A stretch of DNA of 64,000 bases from a virus (taxonomy: Duplodnaviria > Caudoviricetes): the IMG/VR virus record IMGVR_UViG_3300021295_000001; one strand, given 5' to 3'. Position 1 is the stretch's first letter; each line of letters starts with the position of its first letter. Below, piece after piece: positions 1 through 10,709 of this stretch. Both the position numbers and the translations under genes were made by a program. The notes under the pieces were generated by a model. That model was not told the DNA's origin, searched no databases, and saw only the letters and a program-made list of their open reading frames with translations.

Positions 1-1906
1 GTCCGACGGGAAGGCGGGGCTGTACGATTTGGTCAACTCCGTTTTCTACGTAAGCGACGGCACAAGCGATTTCGTCGCGGGCCCAGAACTCGGGACGTGC
101 AAGGCGCCCCTTTTCGCCAAACTGCCAGACGCCTACCAGGAAGTGGACTACCTGCAAAGCGACGGGAACCAGAGGATTGCGGTCGGCAACAGCGACATAA
201 AGAAGGTATACGTCAAGCACAGTTTCAGCGTCATCGGCTCTGGTAGGGTCACATTGCAGGGCGGTGAGGACACATGGTGGGGCACTGACACTGGCGGTCA
301 TTACCTACAATACGCGGACGGGGCGGTGATAACGACCTCCCAACGTCTTTACGAAGACACTATATATGAAATGACTTCGTCCCAAAAAGGATTGAAGTTT
401 GACGGCGTTTTCTACAAATACAACAACTCCAAGACATACAATTCCTACGCGTTGTTCCAGATAAACAACTACCCCATCTACAAATTCGCTGGCAAGGTGT
501 ACAGCGCGAAGACGTACGATTCCGACGACGTGTTGATTAACGATTTCGTACCTTGTTATCGTAAATCGGATTCCAAGCCTGGGCTTTACGACTTGGTGAA
601 GCAAACGTTCCTCACCAATCAGGGCACTGGCGAGTTCACGGTTGGGAACGACGTCGTAGACATCCCCTCGGAGTATCAGCGCATCGAGTACCTAGAGGCT
701 GGCACGGGGCAGTACATAGAAACTGCCCTCAACTTCAACCATGAATCGACCATGGAAATATACGGGAAGAGTTACACGTCGTCCGCAGGCAACAGGGCGT
801 GCATCGCGTCCGAGTATGGCAATGGTAGCCAATTGAGCCTCGAGATAACGACTGGGTTGAGGTTGTTCAACAGCAGCAACCAAGATTTCGTCAACGAAGG
901 ATATGTGAACGACAAAGTTAACGAATACGTGATGCGTTTCGACAGGACGGCGAAGACGATGAGCACGACGTGCGGGTCCGTCGAGCGCATGGCGTCCAAT
1001 GCGCTGTATGGCAACAACGGCGTCAATTTCTTCATGTTCGTGGACAGGAAGAAAAGGTTTTCCACGTTCAACAAAACCCACAGGCTGTACTATTTCAGAA
1101 TCGTGAAGGACGGAACGCTGTATTGCGACTTGGTTCCGTGCCGTAGGAAATCGGACGAGGCCCTGGGATTGTTCGACAAGGTATCTGGCTCGTTTTACAT
1201 GAACAAAGGCACGGGTGCGTTCGTGGCAGGCCGTGACATGACCGCGTCGCCCGTGATGCCATGCACGCCGAAGATTGTCAGGTTGCCATCCGAGTATCAG
1301 GAGGTGACGTTCCTAGAGTCCACTGGCGGGCAATACATAGACACTGGCGTCGCGTTGGCTGGCACCGAAAGTAGCGTGCGCACGTTCCTCCGCGTGGAGA
1401 TAACCGTCGCCCAGAACGGCGACAGGTGCCTCATAGGGAACTGCTACGGGGCGAACAAGATATACTGGTTGCCACAATACAGGCCAGAGGTCCCCGCGTT
1501 CAGGATGTTCAGTAGGGGCAACGGCGCGAACAACATAATAACTGGCCCAGGCTTCACGACGGGGAAGGTGTATAATATAATGTGCTATTCCTCACCATCG
1601 TTACAAACGATGGTGGTTGACGGGAGCATATTCAAGAAGACCGTGTCGCTGTACGTGATGGAGGCCACGCAGAACCTATACATGTTCGCGAGCAACGAAC
1701 AGGGCACCAGTGCGGAGAATTTCTCGAGGGCGCGCATATACGGCGCCAGGATATTCGTCAACGACTCGCTGAGGAGGGACTTCGTGCCCTGCTACAGGAA
1801 ATCAGACAACGTCGCTGGCATGTACGACCTCGTCACTGGCGCGTTCTTCACCAACTCTGGGACTGGCTCGTTCGTCATAGGGACGAACGTCACGCGCGTG
1901 TTCTGA
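1..1906 (+). CDS. Tail/adhesin protein with tandem concanavalin/LamG-like repeats (5' end outside window)
   Basis: Frame open from position 2 (SDGKAGLYDLV). Three full repeats of about 190-210 aa, each starting P..YQ.[VI].[YF]L...G.Q.I and ending D[FL]VPC.RKSD...G.[YF]D.V...F..N.GTG.F..G. Confidence 0.7.
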   Translation, partial: SDGKAGLYDLVNSVFYVSDGTSDFVAGPELGTCKAPLFAKLPDAYQEVDYLQSDGNQRIAVGNSDIKKVYVKHSFSVIGSGRVTLQGGEDTWWGTDTGGHYLQYADGAVITTSQRLYEDTIYEMTSSQKGLKFDGVFYKYNNSKTYNSYALFQINNYPIYKFAGKVYSAKTYDSDDVLINDFVPCYRKSDSKPGLYDLVKQTFLTNQGTGEFTVGNDVVDIPSEYQRIEYLEAGTGQYIETALNFNHESTMEIYGKSYTSSAGNRACIASEYGNGSQLSLEITTGLRLFNSSNQDFVNEGYVNDKVNEYVMRFDRTAKTMSTTCGSVERMASNALYGNNGVNFFMFVDRKKRFSTFNKTHRLYYFRIVKDGTLYCDLVPCRRKSDEALGLFDKVSGSFYMNKGTGAFVAGRDMTASPVMPCTPKIVRLPSEYQEVTFLESTGGQYIDTGVALAGTESSVRTFLRVEITVAQNGDRCLIGNCYGANKIYWLPQYRPEVPAFRMFSRGNGANNIITGPGFTTGKVYNIMCYSSPSLQTMVVDGSIFKKTVSLYVMEATQNLYMFASNEQGTSAENFSRARIYGARIFVNDSLRRDFVPCYRKSDNVAGMYDLVTGAFFTNSGTGSFVIGTNVTRVF

Positions 1907-1928
1907 CTAAATTACAGGGAGAGTATAT

Positions 1929-4900
1929 ATGGCTAACCTAAAGGAAGTAATCTACTTGACGAACGAGGCGTACGACACGCTCGTTTCGACTGGCACGGTG
2001 ACCGTCAACGGGGTCACGATAAACTACGACGAGAACTGCGTGTACGTGACGCCAGACCAACTGGCCACCACGACGCAGGACGGCTTGATGAGCGCGTCCG
2101 ACAAGGCCGTCGTGGATTCCTTGGGCTCCGCTTCCGCCAAGAACTTCACCACGTCGGTGACGTCTGGCAGTTCCGATTTGGTCACGTCTGGCGCCGTGTG
2201 GACAGCGATAGACAACCTCCCCGAGCCGATGGTATACAAGGGAACGCTCGGCACGGGCGGGACGATAACGTCCCTGCCGACGGCGTCCTCTTCGAACGAG
2301 GGGTTCACCTACAAGGTAATCACCGCTGGGACCTACGCCAGCCAATCCGCGAAGGTCGGCGACGTCTTCATATCTAACGGTATCGCATGGACCCTGATTC
2401 CCTCTGGCGACGACGTGGATGACACTTGGCGCGGAATCAAGGTGAACGGCACCGACCTTTTGGGCACGGGCATCTCCACTGGGGCCGTCAACTTCAAGAA
2501 CGGCTCAAACGTCACGGTGTCTGGCAGTGGCAACGACGTCACCATAGCGTCCTCCAACTATTATCCCACGGCCGTGTCCTGGTCCAACGGCACCACCGCT
2601 GGCCCGACTGGCACGATGACGATGAGCGGTACGTCCAACGTGTCGATACCCGCAATACCAGACGCAACGACATCAAGAAGTGGCATCGTGACCACTGGGG
2701 CGCAATCATTCGGTGGCAACAAGAGATTCGACGGAAGCGTTTCCATGAATTCGTCAGCAACCGTGATAGGACCTCTTTACGTCGGCGAGGGCATACCTAT
2801 ATCAAGAAATGTTGGCGATGCCCCCAAATACACGAAATTCGCGGGCTTCGACAGAAGGTCTGGCGTTCTGTCTGGTTTAACCGTGTTCAGCGGAACTGGC
2901 GACTGGTTCTTCAACGCGGACAAAAAATCCACGTTCACCATACGTAGCACATTCAAAGGAAACGGAGCCGAATCCGACACATACAACGCCAACTTCTACA
3001 CCCTAGGAGTCGACGACGGGGTTACGTTGTACAACCTTTTCGACTGGAATTTGAATTCTGGTTGGCATGTACTGCCTTCAAAGGTGTCCGCATCAACGCC
3101 CGCGATAATCGAAGTCAAGAGTTCGTCGCAAATGACCTACACAGACGTGCTCAGGCTCATAATAACTGGGCACAATGGCGTTGACCCGTCGAACAATTAT
3201 TCTGGCACCCTCACCAATTATAAGATAGAGGTATGCACCGATTACACGAACAACACATGGGTCACGGTCGTCGAAAGGAGCGGGGTCGAAGATAAGATTG
3301 GCTCCTGCCCGATGTACGCGCTTCAAACGTCAACATACACGGCGTGCTTCGGCATCAGGCTCACGATAACTGGGTGTTCTGTCACTGGGTATGGATACGC
3401 CTACATAAAAATAACAAGTTTGCAATTGCGCGACAACCGTCCAGATTTCACGGTCCCAGAGTCCGTCGGCGCCATATCGTCAAGGGGCGGAAACATCTAC
3501 GGGAACCTCATATTCGACGCCAAAGGAAGTCAGCAAACGTTCAGGCCAGCGGTAAACAACACTGGTTATTTGGGAACTGGTTCCTTCAAATGGGCGTCTT
3601 TGGATGCCGTCTCGATAAACGAAAACGGCACCCCACTTTCCAACAAGTACCAAGCGAAACTCTCTTCACAGACCGCGTACAGCGCCAAGGGAACGGCCAC
3701 CAAGGTCCCGCAGATAACGACGAACTCATTGGGCCAGGTGACCAACATTTCGGAAGTCACGATAGACGCGGACACCGTCGATGGGAAGCATTTCACCGAC
3801 GTCGGCATGGAGTTCAGAGGATACCGTCAACTCAAGGTGGGCGCCATAAGCGTCCTCAAGGGAACGGTCACGTACGCCGAATTGATAGCGCTGACTGGCG
3901 TGTCCTACGGCTCGCTTTACTGCGCGTCCGACCAGAACAAATACTACAAACGCTCGTCCACGAATCCGTCGGCGACGGGCGCTTCGTGTTGGATTGATTG
4001 CACCAGTTCATACAATGAGGCGGCCGCGTTGCCAGACCAGCAGGCGAGCGGTGACCCCTACATTTACGTGAAAGTGAACACTCATCAGAAGTACTGGGGC
4101 CAAGACGTTCATTTCTACGTGCGTCCCACATACGACAACACCTCTGGTTCGACAAAGATAACTGGCTTCGCCCGCTCACAGAACAATTTCCTGGCGGAGA
4201 TGGTTGATTACAACGGCAACAAATTGCTCGGCATATACCAGGCCTCGTCCGATACGGACATATACTATCTGAAGTTCGGGAGGTACAACAGCGTATACGT
4301 GGATGGTCCGATGGCCGTCATAAACGTGTATTGCAACGTCGACAACAACATAACGCTCACCTACATACCGTCGAGTTCTTCCGAATACGCCACCGTGTCT
4401 GGGTATTCGTATTTCTCCATACCCTCGGGGGGCATAAAGAGCAACGCGATGACGCATCTGCTCCCGATTGCCAACAACACCTACGACCTTGGCGCCAACG
4501 GTAGGAACTGGCGTGACATATACGCGCAACGACTTCAATTAAACGGCACAAATGGCATAAGTTACGCTGGCACGAAGGCCACCAGTGGGATGATTACCTT
4601 CTACGACAATACGGTCGATGCCAATGGAAACGGTATCGGAATCGGTGGCGGAGGCGTCACCATCGTGGGCTCTGGCGAATCGACCAGCGCCGTTTGGTCT
4701 GGCATCGGGTCCGCCGCTGGCAGTGAATATACTTATGTGGCATCCGACAACGACGTTTACGTAGTCACTAATATGCAGAACGGCTGGGCCAACAGGAAGA
4801 CGTTCGATTTCTCCGCCGACGGCTCGTTCAACGCCACGACTTTGAAGGAGGGTGGCACTTCCCTAGCCGATAAATATCTCGGTAAAACAGCAAAAGCCTC

Positions 4901-5801
4901 AGACGCGGAAAAACTTGATGGTCAGGATTCGACATATTACCTAAATTACAATAACTTAACCAACAAGCCAACAATCCCGACCGTGAATGACGGCACGTTG
5001 ACCATCCAAAAAAATGGTACTCAGGTCGCCACTTTTACTGCTAATCAAAGTGGTAACGCGACCGCTAACATTACGGTTCCAACGAAAGTAAGTGAACTTA
5101 CCAATGATAGTGGTTATACCACCAACACTGGCACAGTCACCTCAATTAAAGTTGGCTCCACTAGTTATGACCCGTCTAGTGGCGTAGTAAGCCTGCCAGC
5201 ATATCCAACGGTAAATAATGGCACTTTAAATATTCAAAAGAATGGAACATTAATTGATTCGTTTCATGCTAATCAAAGCACTGATACTACTATTAATGTT
5301 AGTGTACCTACCAAAGATAGTGACTTAACTAATGATAAATATGTTAACTATACTGCTGCTCAAAACCTTACTACTACCCAACAATCACGCGCACGCAGTA
5401 ATATTAATGCCAGCGCTCCTGTTACTTTGTATATGTATAAATTTGTCCTAAAATATAGTAGTTCTAATGACGGCTTAGAGATACATGCCATAGGATATAG
5501 TACTGCCTCTTATTCATCTTCTACTACAATCACTTATGTATTAGATGCATGGAGAAGTTGCTTTGGATTAAATGTTGACGTTCCTTGTAGCGGTGCTTTA
5601 CGCTCGGTTTATTTTGCATCTATGCTCCAGGTCCTTTCCTGTCGAATTACAAGTACCACTCCCGCCTCAGGTACTTTCTATTTTACCTATTTAAAACCTT
5701 ATAACAGTGCCTCTTCTACAAGTCTTACCTCTACCAGTAGTGGTGGTGAGTCAAACCTTTTTGGATGCTCAGTCACGCCTATTGGCTCAATGACAGTGTA
5801 A
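1929..5801 (+). CDS. Long tail fibre / receptor-binding protein (1290 aa)
   Basis: G/S/T-rich; fibre motifs DGLMSASDK, DADTVDG, YDLG..W; duplicated PTVN.GTL.IQKNGT...VPTK.S.LTND unit; RBS GGGAGAG. Confidence 0.8.
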   Translation: MANLKEVIYLTNEAYDTLVSTGTVTVNGVTINYDENCVYVTPDQLATTTQDGLMSASDKAVVDSLGSASAKNFTTSVTSGSSDLVTSGAVWTAIDNLPEPMVYKGTLGTGGTITSLPTASSSNEGFTYKVITAGTYASQSAKVGDVFISNGIAWTLIPSGDDVDDTWRGIKVNGTDLLGTGISTGAVNFKNGSNVTVSGSGNDVTIASSNYYPTAVSWSNGTTAGPTGTMTMSGTSNVSIPAIPDATTSRSGIVTTGAQSFGGNKRFDGSVSMNSSATVIGPLYVGEGIPISRNVGDAPKYTKFAGFDRRSGVLSGLTVFSGTGDWFFNADKKSTFTIRSTFKGNGAESDTYNANFYTLGVDDGVTLYNLFDWNLNSGWHVLPSKVSASTPAIIEVKSSSQMTYTDVLRLIITGHNGVDPSNNYSGTLTNYKIEVCTDYTNNTWVTVVERSGVEDKIGSCPMYALQTSTYTACFGIRLTITGCSVTGYGYAYIKITSLQLRDNRPDFTVPESVGAISSRGGNIYGNLIFDAKGSQQTFRPAVNNTGYLGTGSFKWASLDAVSINENGTPLSNKYQAKLSSQTAYSAKGTATKVPQITTNSLGQVTNISEVTIDADTVDGKHFTDVGMEFRGYRQLKVGAISVLKGTVTYAELIALTGVSYGSLYCASDQNKYYKRSSTNPSATGASCWIDCTSSYNEAAALPDQQASGDPYIYVKVNTHQKYWGQDVHFYVRPTYDNTSGSTKITGFARSQNNFLAEMVDYNGNKLLGIYQASSDTDIYYLKFGRYNSVYVDGPMAVINVYCNVDNNITLTYIPSSSSEYATVSGYSYFSIPSGGIKSNAMTHLLPIANNTYDLGANGRNWRDIYAQRLQLNGTNGISYAGTKATSGMITFYDNTVDANGNGIGIGGGGVTIVGSGESTSAVWSGIGSAAGSEYTYVASDNDVYVVTNMQNGWANRKTFDFSADGSFNATTLKEGGTSLADKYLGKTAKASDAEKLDGQDSTYYLNYNNLTNKPTIPTVNDGTLTIQKNGTQVATFTANQSGNATANITVPTKVSELTNDSGYTTNTGTVTSIKVGSTSYDPSSGVVSLPAYPTVNNGTLNIQKNGTLIDSFHANQSTDTTINVSVPTKDSDLTNDKYVNYTAAQNLTTTQQSRARSNINASAPVTLYMYKFVLKYSSSNDGLEIHAIGYSTASYSSSTTITYVLDAWRSCFGLNVDVPCSGALRSVYFASMLQVLSCRITSTTPASGTFYFTYLKPYNSASSTSLTSTSSGGESNLFGCSVTPIGSMTV

Positions 5802-5815
5802 AGGAGAAATAATAT

Positions 5816-6142
5816 ATGAGAATATTTAATCAAAATAAGACGCAAATAATTACTAATCCCGATTTAACAAAAGGGTATTTGGTTTTAGACACTATTCCTT
5901 TTGAAGATGCGGGTCTAGACGGAGAAGAAACTATCCTCGTCTACATCCCTTATACCGAAGCGGAACTTCACAAAATACACGCTGAAAACCGCATCGCAGA
6001 ACTCAAGAAACTCTTAGCCGATACTGATTACCAAGCCATTAAATTCGCAGAAGGCGAATTATCGAGCGACGAATACGAACCCACTAAACAAAATCGCCGC
6101 GCTTGGCGAGCCGAAATCAACCAACTCGAATCTCAGTTATAA
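5816..6142 (+). CDS. Tail fibre assembly/chaperone-like protein
   Basis: Directly follows the fibre gene; ELKKLLADTDYQAIK...R.AWRAEIN motif typical of fibre-associated small proteins. Confidence 0.65.
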   Translation: MRIFNQNKTQIITNPDLTKGYLVLDTIPFEDAGLDGEETILVYIPYTEAELHKIHAENRIAELKKLLADTDYQAIKFAEGELSSDEYEPTKQNRRAWRAEINQLESQL

Positions 6143-6222
6143 GTTAGTAGGAGAATAAATATGGCTAATAATAAAATAACCGACGCCAATCGAAGTTTGC
6201 GAACCCGTTGCGAAGTTCCCCG

Positions 6223-6250
6223 AAAGCGCCGTAAAATGGCGCTTTTTCTT
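6223..6250 (+). terminator. Rho-independent terminator
   Basis: AAAGCGCC-gtaaaat-GGCGCTTT followed by T-rich tail. Confidence 0.75.
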
Positions 6251-6329
6251 CGCTTTCTTTTTTGCGAACCGATTGCGAAGTTGACGCGTCCGCCAATCCG
6301 TGATAAACTATCCCTCGGAGGACATAACC

Positions 6330-6686
6330 ATGGACGAAAACGATTACTTCAACGCAATCGCCCCGTATCAGGACGCGCTCAAGGTGCTGATGGACCATGT
6401 GTCGTTGGTGAGGGATGGGCAAGGAAAAGCGAGCCTTAGGCTCAAGGGGGACGACGATTGGCGCGCGCTCACCGAAAAGGAAGCCGACGCGCTCTCTAAC
6501 TTCATGGACGCCGAGAGCCCGAAACCGCGCAGGAAAATGCTTTACGCGGAAATCGTGCCACCTTACGATATGGCCGAACTCGTCGCTAAACTAGAGAAGA
6601 AATACGAGGGCATGGGCGTGAACGTTCGGGCAATCGAGATGGTCGGTGGCAACTACTGGGTCGAGGCCGTCATGGAACTGGATTGA
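6330..6686 (+). CDS. Hypothetical protein (early)
   Basis: RBS GGAGG before ATG 6330; upstream TTGACG...TG.TAAACT promoter. Confidence 0.7.
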   Translation: MDENDYFNAIAPYQDALKVLMDHVSLVRDGQGKASLRLKGDDDWRALTEKEADALSNFMDAESPKPRRKMLYAEIVPPYDMAELVAKLEKKYEGMGVNVRAIEMVGGNYWVEAVMELD

Positions 6687-6746
6687 CGCCAGGTTGACTT
6701 ACGCGTGGATTCGTGATACAATATCCAGTAGTGGGAGGTTCCTAAT

Positions 6747-7025
6747 ATGACTTGCAAGCAACTCATGGGCATGGCCGATGGCGACGTGTTCGTCATCGTG
6801 CGCGGAAGGGACGACAGGTCCCTCGTGGAATTCGATTCCAAATGCCTGTTCGACGGAGGGCGCGCGTATAGGCACGGCTCGTTCGTGTACGACGCCGACA
6901 GCCTCGATTTCCCGACCGACGACGACTTCACGGAACTGGTGCGCGCAATCGACATCAGGCACAAGCGGGAATTGGAGTACGCGTCCCGAATGTACGCCAA
7001 GTGGAAGCCCTCTTCCAAGAAATAG
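6747..7025 (+). CDS. Hypothetical protein (early)
   Basis: TTGACT-17-TACAAT promoter (6694-6722) and GGAGG RBS. Confidence 0.7.
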   Translation: MTCKQLMGMADGDVFVIVRGRDDRSLVEFDSKCLFDGGRAYRHGSFVYDADSLDFPTDDDFTELVRAIDIRHKRELEYASRMYAKWKPSSKK

Positions 7026-7056
7026 AAAAAGACGGTCCGTCATGGCCGTCTTTTCA
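7025..7056. terminator. Bidirectional terminator between convergent units
   Basis: GAAAAAGACGGTC-cgtcat-GGCCGTCTTTTC. Confidence 0.7.
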
Positions 7057-7772
7057 TTTCGTCATCGAGCGTCTTTCCCGCCAACCTGCATAGAGACATA
7101 GTAACCGCACCGTTTGCCGTCGGCGTCCAACGTCTCGGAGATGTTGACGTCGCGAGCCCCTTCGAGCGCCATCACCATGGCCAGGACCTCCGCGTTCTTC
7201 TCACGCGTCCTGTCATTGTATTTTTTCTTTTGGTCGAGGTATTCGTAGTCGCCCAGAACGGGGTCCGCCGTTGGTTTCCCCCAGTAATAATGTCCGTCGA
7301 CGTCGTCGAGCACGGCCTCAATCGCCTTTTCTTCCCTCTCCTTGCGGTCGTCGAGTTCCGCTTCCTTGTCGGTGAGTTCGAGATACCTGTTCAGGGGCAA
7401 CGTGACCGTCACGCCCTCGTGTTTGTTCGTTTCCATCGGTTCCTCACTTCCTGATGCCCAGCGCCTTGGCGAGCGCCTCGTATTCGTCCCTGTCGAGGCC
7501 GACCCTTTCGGTGGACGGCCATCCGTCCTCGTCAATCGGGTATTCCACGTAGTAACACCCCATGAAGCCTTCCTTCGGCAGTTCTGGGACCTCGAACAGT
7601 TCGTTCGCCCAGAGTTTCCTGACGGCCTTCCTCAGGGCTTTGTAGTCCCGTAGGTCCCTCAGGATTGCGTCCCTGTCGGCCGTCGCCTCAATCACGTCCT
7701 CTGGCGACATCGCGCCTATTTCCGCGTCCATAAGGACGTATTTGGCCAGCCTCTTGGCCGATTCCTCGCCCT

Positions 7773-8342
7773 TCATGCACGCCATTCCTCCACGTCTATC
7801 TGGCACGAGCGCATGACCTTGAGCGCTGCCTCGTGGTTCTCCTTGGTCGTCCCAGCGCACAGGTTGGAGTAAACCACCATTCTGGCCTCTGGGTACAGTT
7901 CCTTCAGTATCAGCGCGTTGGAGATGACGCAGATGTCCGTGCAGGTCCCGACGAGCGTTATCGTCTTCGGGTCGATGGATTCGTAATACGCCTCCCAATC
8001 GGCCCCGAACCTGTCCTTGCAGACGTCGGTGTGCCACACGGCTTTGCCGTCGCGCGCCATCGTGGCCATGTCCAGCGCGTCCTGCAGTTCCAACGGGTAT
8101 TCCCAACCCTCCGTACCAGACATGCAATGCGGTATGGGCAACCTCCTGCCCTCCTGCGTGTCGAGGTAATCGCCGTAATGCGTGTCGTGCGTTACGAAAA
8201 CCATGTCGTAACCGCCTTTCTCCAGCATTTCGCAGAGGGGCTTGACGATTGCCTGCGCGTCGGGGTTGGCCAACGACCCAGTGATGAAGTCGTTCTGCAT
8301 GTCCACGACGACCAGCATGTTGTCAATGGCCAGCCTGCTCAT
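7773..8342 (-). CDS. pncA: Nicotinamidase / isochorismatase-family cysteine hydrolase
   Basis: VVVDMQNDF, THDTH, PHC, K(DRF), GTCTDICV catalytic and metal motifs; true start MSRLAID at 8342. Confidence 0.85.
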   Translation of the reverse strand: MSRLAIDNMLVVVDMQNDFITGSLANPDAQAIVKPLCEMLEKGGYDMVFVTHDTHYGDYLDTQEGRRLPIPHCMSGTEGWEYPLELQDALDMATMARDGKAVWHTDVCKDRFGADWEAYYESIDPKTITLVGTCTDICVISNALILKELYPEARMVVYSNLCAGTTKENHEAALKVMRSCQIDVEEWRA

Positions 8343-8833
8343 CGCCTCGCCTCCGTGTCCTTCATGACGCCTGGTATGAGCCTGAGCAGGTCCCTCCATG
8401 CCCTTTCTGCCACGTCCTTGAACTCCTTGGCCGATTCTGGGATGTCGTCCTCGACGAACAGCGCGTCCAGTCTGTCCAGTTCCTCGGAAATCGTGCCAGA
8501 AATCCTCAGGCACGCCTTCCTCAATCTCCTATTGAACTTCCTATCCATTGGACACCCCCTTCGCTTCCTTCAGGAATTCGACCAACTCGGCCTTCGGGCA
8601 GTCCTCGAACTCGAGGAACGCCACCGCGTAGCATTGCTTGTTGTAATAGGCGAACCAATTCCAATCTGCCTCGCATTCGCAATTTGGATACCACCCATCG
8701 CCGAACGTCACGCCCTTCCTGTATTCGCACACGATTGGCGTGCCCAGCGTCCAGCCAGTGTCCTTCTCCACGAATTTGACGAGAACCCAATCGCGTGGCT
8801 TCTCGAAGTACTCCTTTATCGGCTTCCCTCCGC

Positions 8834-9253
8834 TCATAGCAACTCGAACCTCCATTCCCATCCGTCGTCGTCCATTTCCTGATTGACGGCCTTGGCGACG
8901 TACCTTAGGCCGTTCTTAGTCCATATCGCCCCATAGAACCCGACGCGCGAATCCCTGTCTTTCGTAAACGGCCCCTTGTCCGTCGCGTCCCAGAGTTCAT
9001 GCGCGTGGTCCCCGAATGTTCCAGCGTATGGCAACGGGCCACATGCGATGGCCACGTCGAGCAATTCGTCGATGTTGCCAGCGACCACGAACTTGCCGTA
9101 AAGCATTTTGAAGAACCAGAGGTTGATGGGGTCATTCGAGGCGATTGACACGAAGTCAACCACGTCCCACGATATGATTCTCTCGCCCTCGGTCCCGATG
9201 TCCACCCTGAGGTAAACGTTGTTGTAATCCGCTTTGCGCCTGCCGTTCCTCAT
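8834..9253 (-). CDS. Hypothetical protein, paralog family B (YGA.W...VA...ELL)
   Basis: C-terminus resembles 12715-13077 and 18268-18645. Confidence 0.7.
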   Translation of the reverse strand: MRNGRRKADYNNVYLRVDIGTEGERIISWDVVDFVSIASNDPINLWFFKMLYGKFVVAGNIDELLDVAIACGPLPYAGTFGDHAHELWDATDKGPFTKDRDSRVGFYGAIWTKNGLRYVAKAVNQEMDDDGWEWRFELL

Positions 9254-9472
9254 TCCGTCTTATTATACACGCACACCTTGAAGCACCTACTGCCCCTGAC
9301 GTGCACGTAGTAAAGGAAATCGCCTTTTACGAACCTCATGATTTGGTACGTATCGTCGACGGTGAGGACGTTCTCGGGGATGCCGTGCATCAGTTCGACG
9401 AGGATGTCCACCATGGGCATCACGTCGCTTCGGTTGTCCGCGAGCAACCTCCTGGACAGCCTGTAGTTGACC

Positions 9473-9979
9473 TTACCCCTGAGCATCTTGGTCACTCTCG
9501 GCCTTTCGCTCGATTTTCCTCTCTCGGCGCCAGTCCAACAGCATCCCGAGGCCGATTGCGACCACAGTGGCGAAGCAGAACGCTCCAAGCGCCGTCGCCC
9601 ATGGCCCAGCCTCCACGTCTATTATACAGCAGTCGGTCGATTTGTCGTAGAACAGGGCCATCCTTCTGTTGATGTCCTCAATCTCCGCTTGCATCACGTC
9701 CCTGTACTCCTTGAGTTTGCGCAACGCCTTCTCCCGAGCCTCGCGTTCGCCCATCAGTTCCTCCTCATAGAAGATTTTGTGGGTTACGTTACCGCCCAGG
9801 ATGTCGCGGACCGCCACCTTGGACCCTTTGTCGATGAACCTGCATAAATACGCTGGCTCATCCAACTCGTCGCATTCCCTGAGGACCTCGACGCACCTTA
9901 CCCTGCAGTGGGACAGGCCGTCCCCGTACACGACGTAGGCGACGTCGGGCGGTGCGTATTTGTATTCGAACTCAGCCAT
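9473..9979 (-). CDS. Hypothetical protein, family D, with C-terminal transmembrane helix
   Basis: YKY..PDVAYVV start, coiled coil, hydrophobic WATALGAFCFATVVAIGLGMLL. Confidence 0.7.
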   Translation of the reverse strand: MAEFEYKYAPPDVAYVVYGDGLSHCRVRCVEVLRECDELDEPAYLCRFIDKGSKVAVRDILGGNVTHKIFYEEELMGEREAREKALRKLKEYRDVMQAEIEDINRRMALFYDKSTDCCIIDVEAGPWATALGAFCFATVVAIGLGMLLDWRRERKIERKAESDQDAQG

Positions 9980-10328
9980 TCGCTTCCCTCCTTAGCCTTT
10001 CCAATTCGCGTTCGTGATACGCTATCTGCGCCTTGACGGCGTCTTCCTTGGTCTTGGCCTTCGCCTTCTCCAATTTCAAGTACGCCTCGTAGGCCTCGTC
10101 CTTCGTCTTGAACATCATGTCGTTGTTTTGGATGGCGCTGTAGGATTCGCGCCTTGAGTCGTAATAACGGTGCGCCCAATACGTGATTAACGGCCTGCTC
10201 GCACCGCAGAACGTCACGTCCACCCTGTCGAGTTGCATCGTCATCATCATGGTGTCCGAGTGGCCATTCCCGTCGTCCAGGTAATAGAAGACGCTCCCCA
10301 CCTCGAATTTTGTGTCTACGGTCGTCAT
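9972..10328 (-). CDS. Hypothetical protein, family D (TKFEVG.VFY)
   Basis: N-terminal motif shared with 15338-15967 and 17467-17808. Confidence 0.7.
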   Translation of the reverse strand: MTTVDTKFEVGSVFYYLDDGNGHSDTMMMTMQLDRVDVTFCGASRPLITYWAHRYYDSRRESYSAIQNNDMMFKTKDEAYEAYLKLEKAKAKTKEDAVKAQIAYHERELERLRREANG

Positions 10329-10708
10329 TTTTCTTCCTCCAGTTCCTCTTTGGTAAATGCCCACATGACGCCATAAGCGTTCATGTCAAGTCGTTTCTTA
10401 CAAGGTGGTTCAGTTTTTAGATAGATGATACATCTATCACTTTTCTCTTCGTCTCGAGTGGCTTTTTGGTAGTGCACTTCATCTATCGTCCTTTGGTAAT
10501 AATCGCTTATAACATATACCGTGTCTCTTTTTTTCACATCGGAGAAGATTTTGGCAAATCTTTTTTTGAAAAAGCGGTTTACCCTGTAGCGATTTAGCGG
10601 TTCTTTGACAAGCATTATTATTACCGCGATTAAGGCTATGACTATGATGCCCAAGATAATCCAGGCCCCAATGACTTTCGTCTTCGCCCATTCTTCAATC
10701 CAGTTCAT
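10325..10708 (-). CDS. Membrane-anchored hypothetical protein
   Basis: N-terminal TM helix; C-terminal YGVMWAFTKEEL motif. Confidence 0.7.
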   Translation of the reverse strand: MNWIEEWAKTKVIGAWIILGIIVIALIAVIIMLVKEPLNRYRVNRFFKKRFAKIFSDVKKRDTVYVISDYYQRTIDEVHYQKATRDEEKSDRCIIYLKTEPPCKKRLDMNAYGVMWAFTKEELEEEK

Positions 10709-10709
10709 C

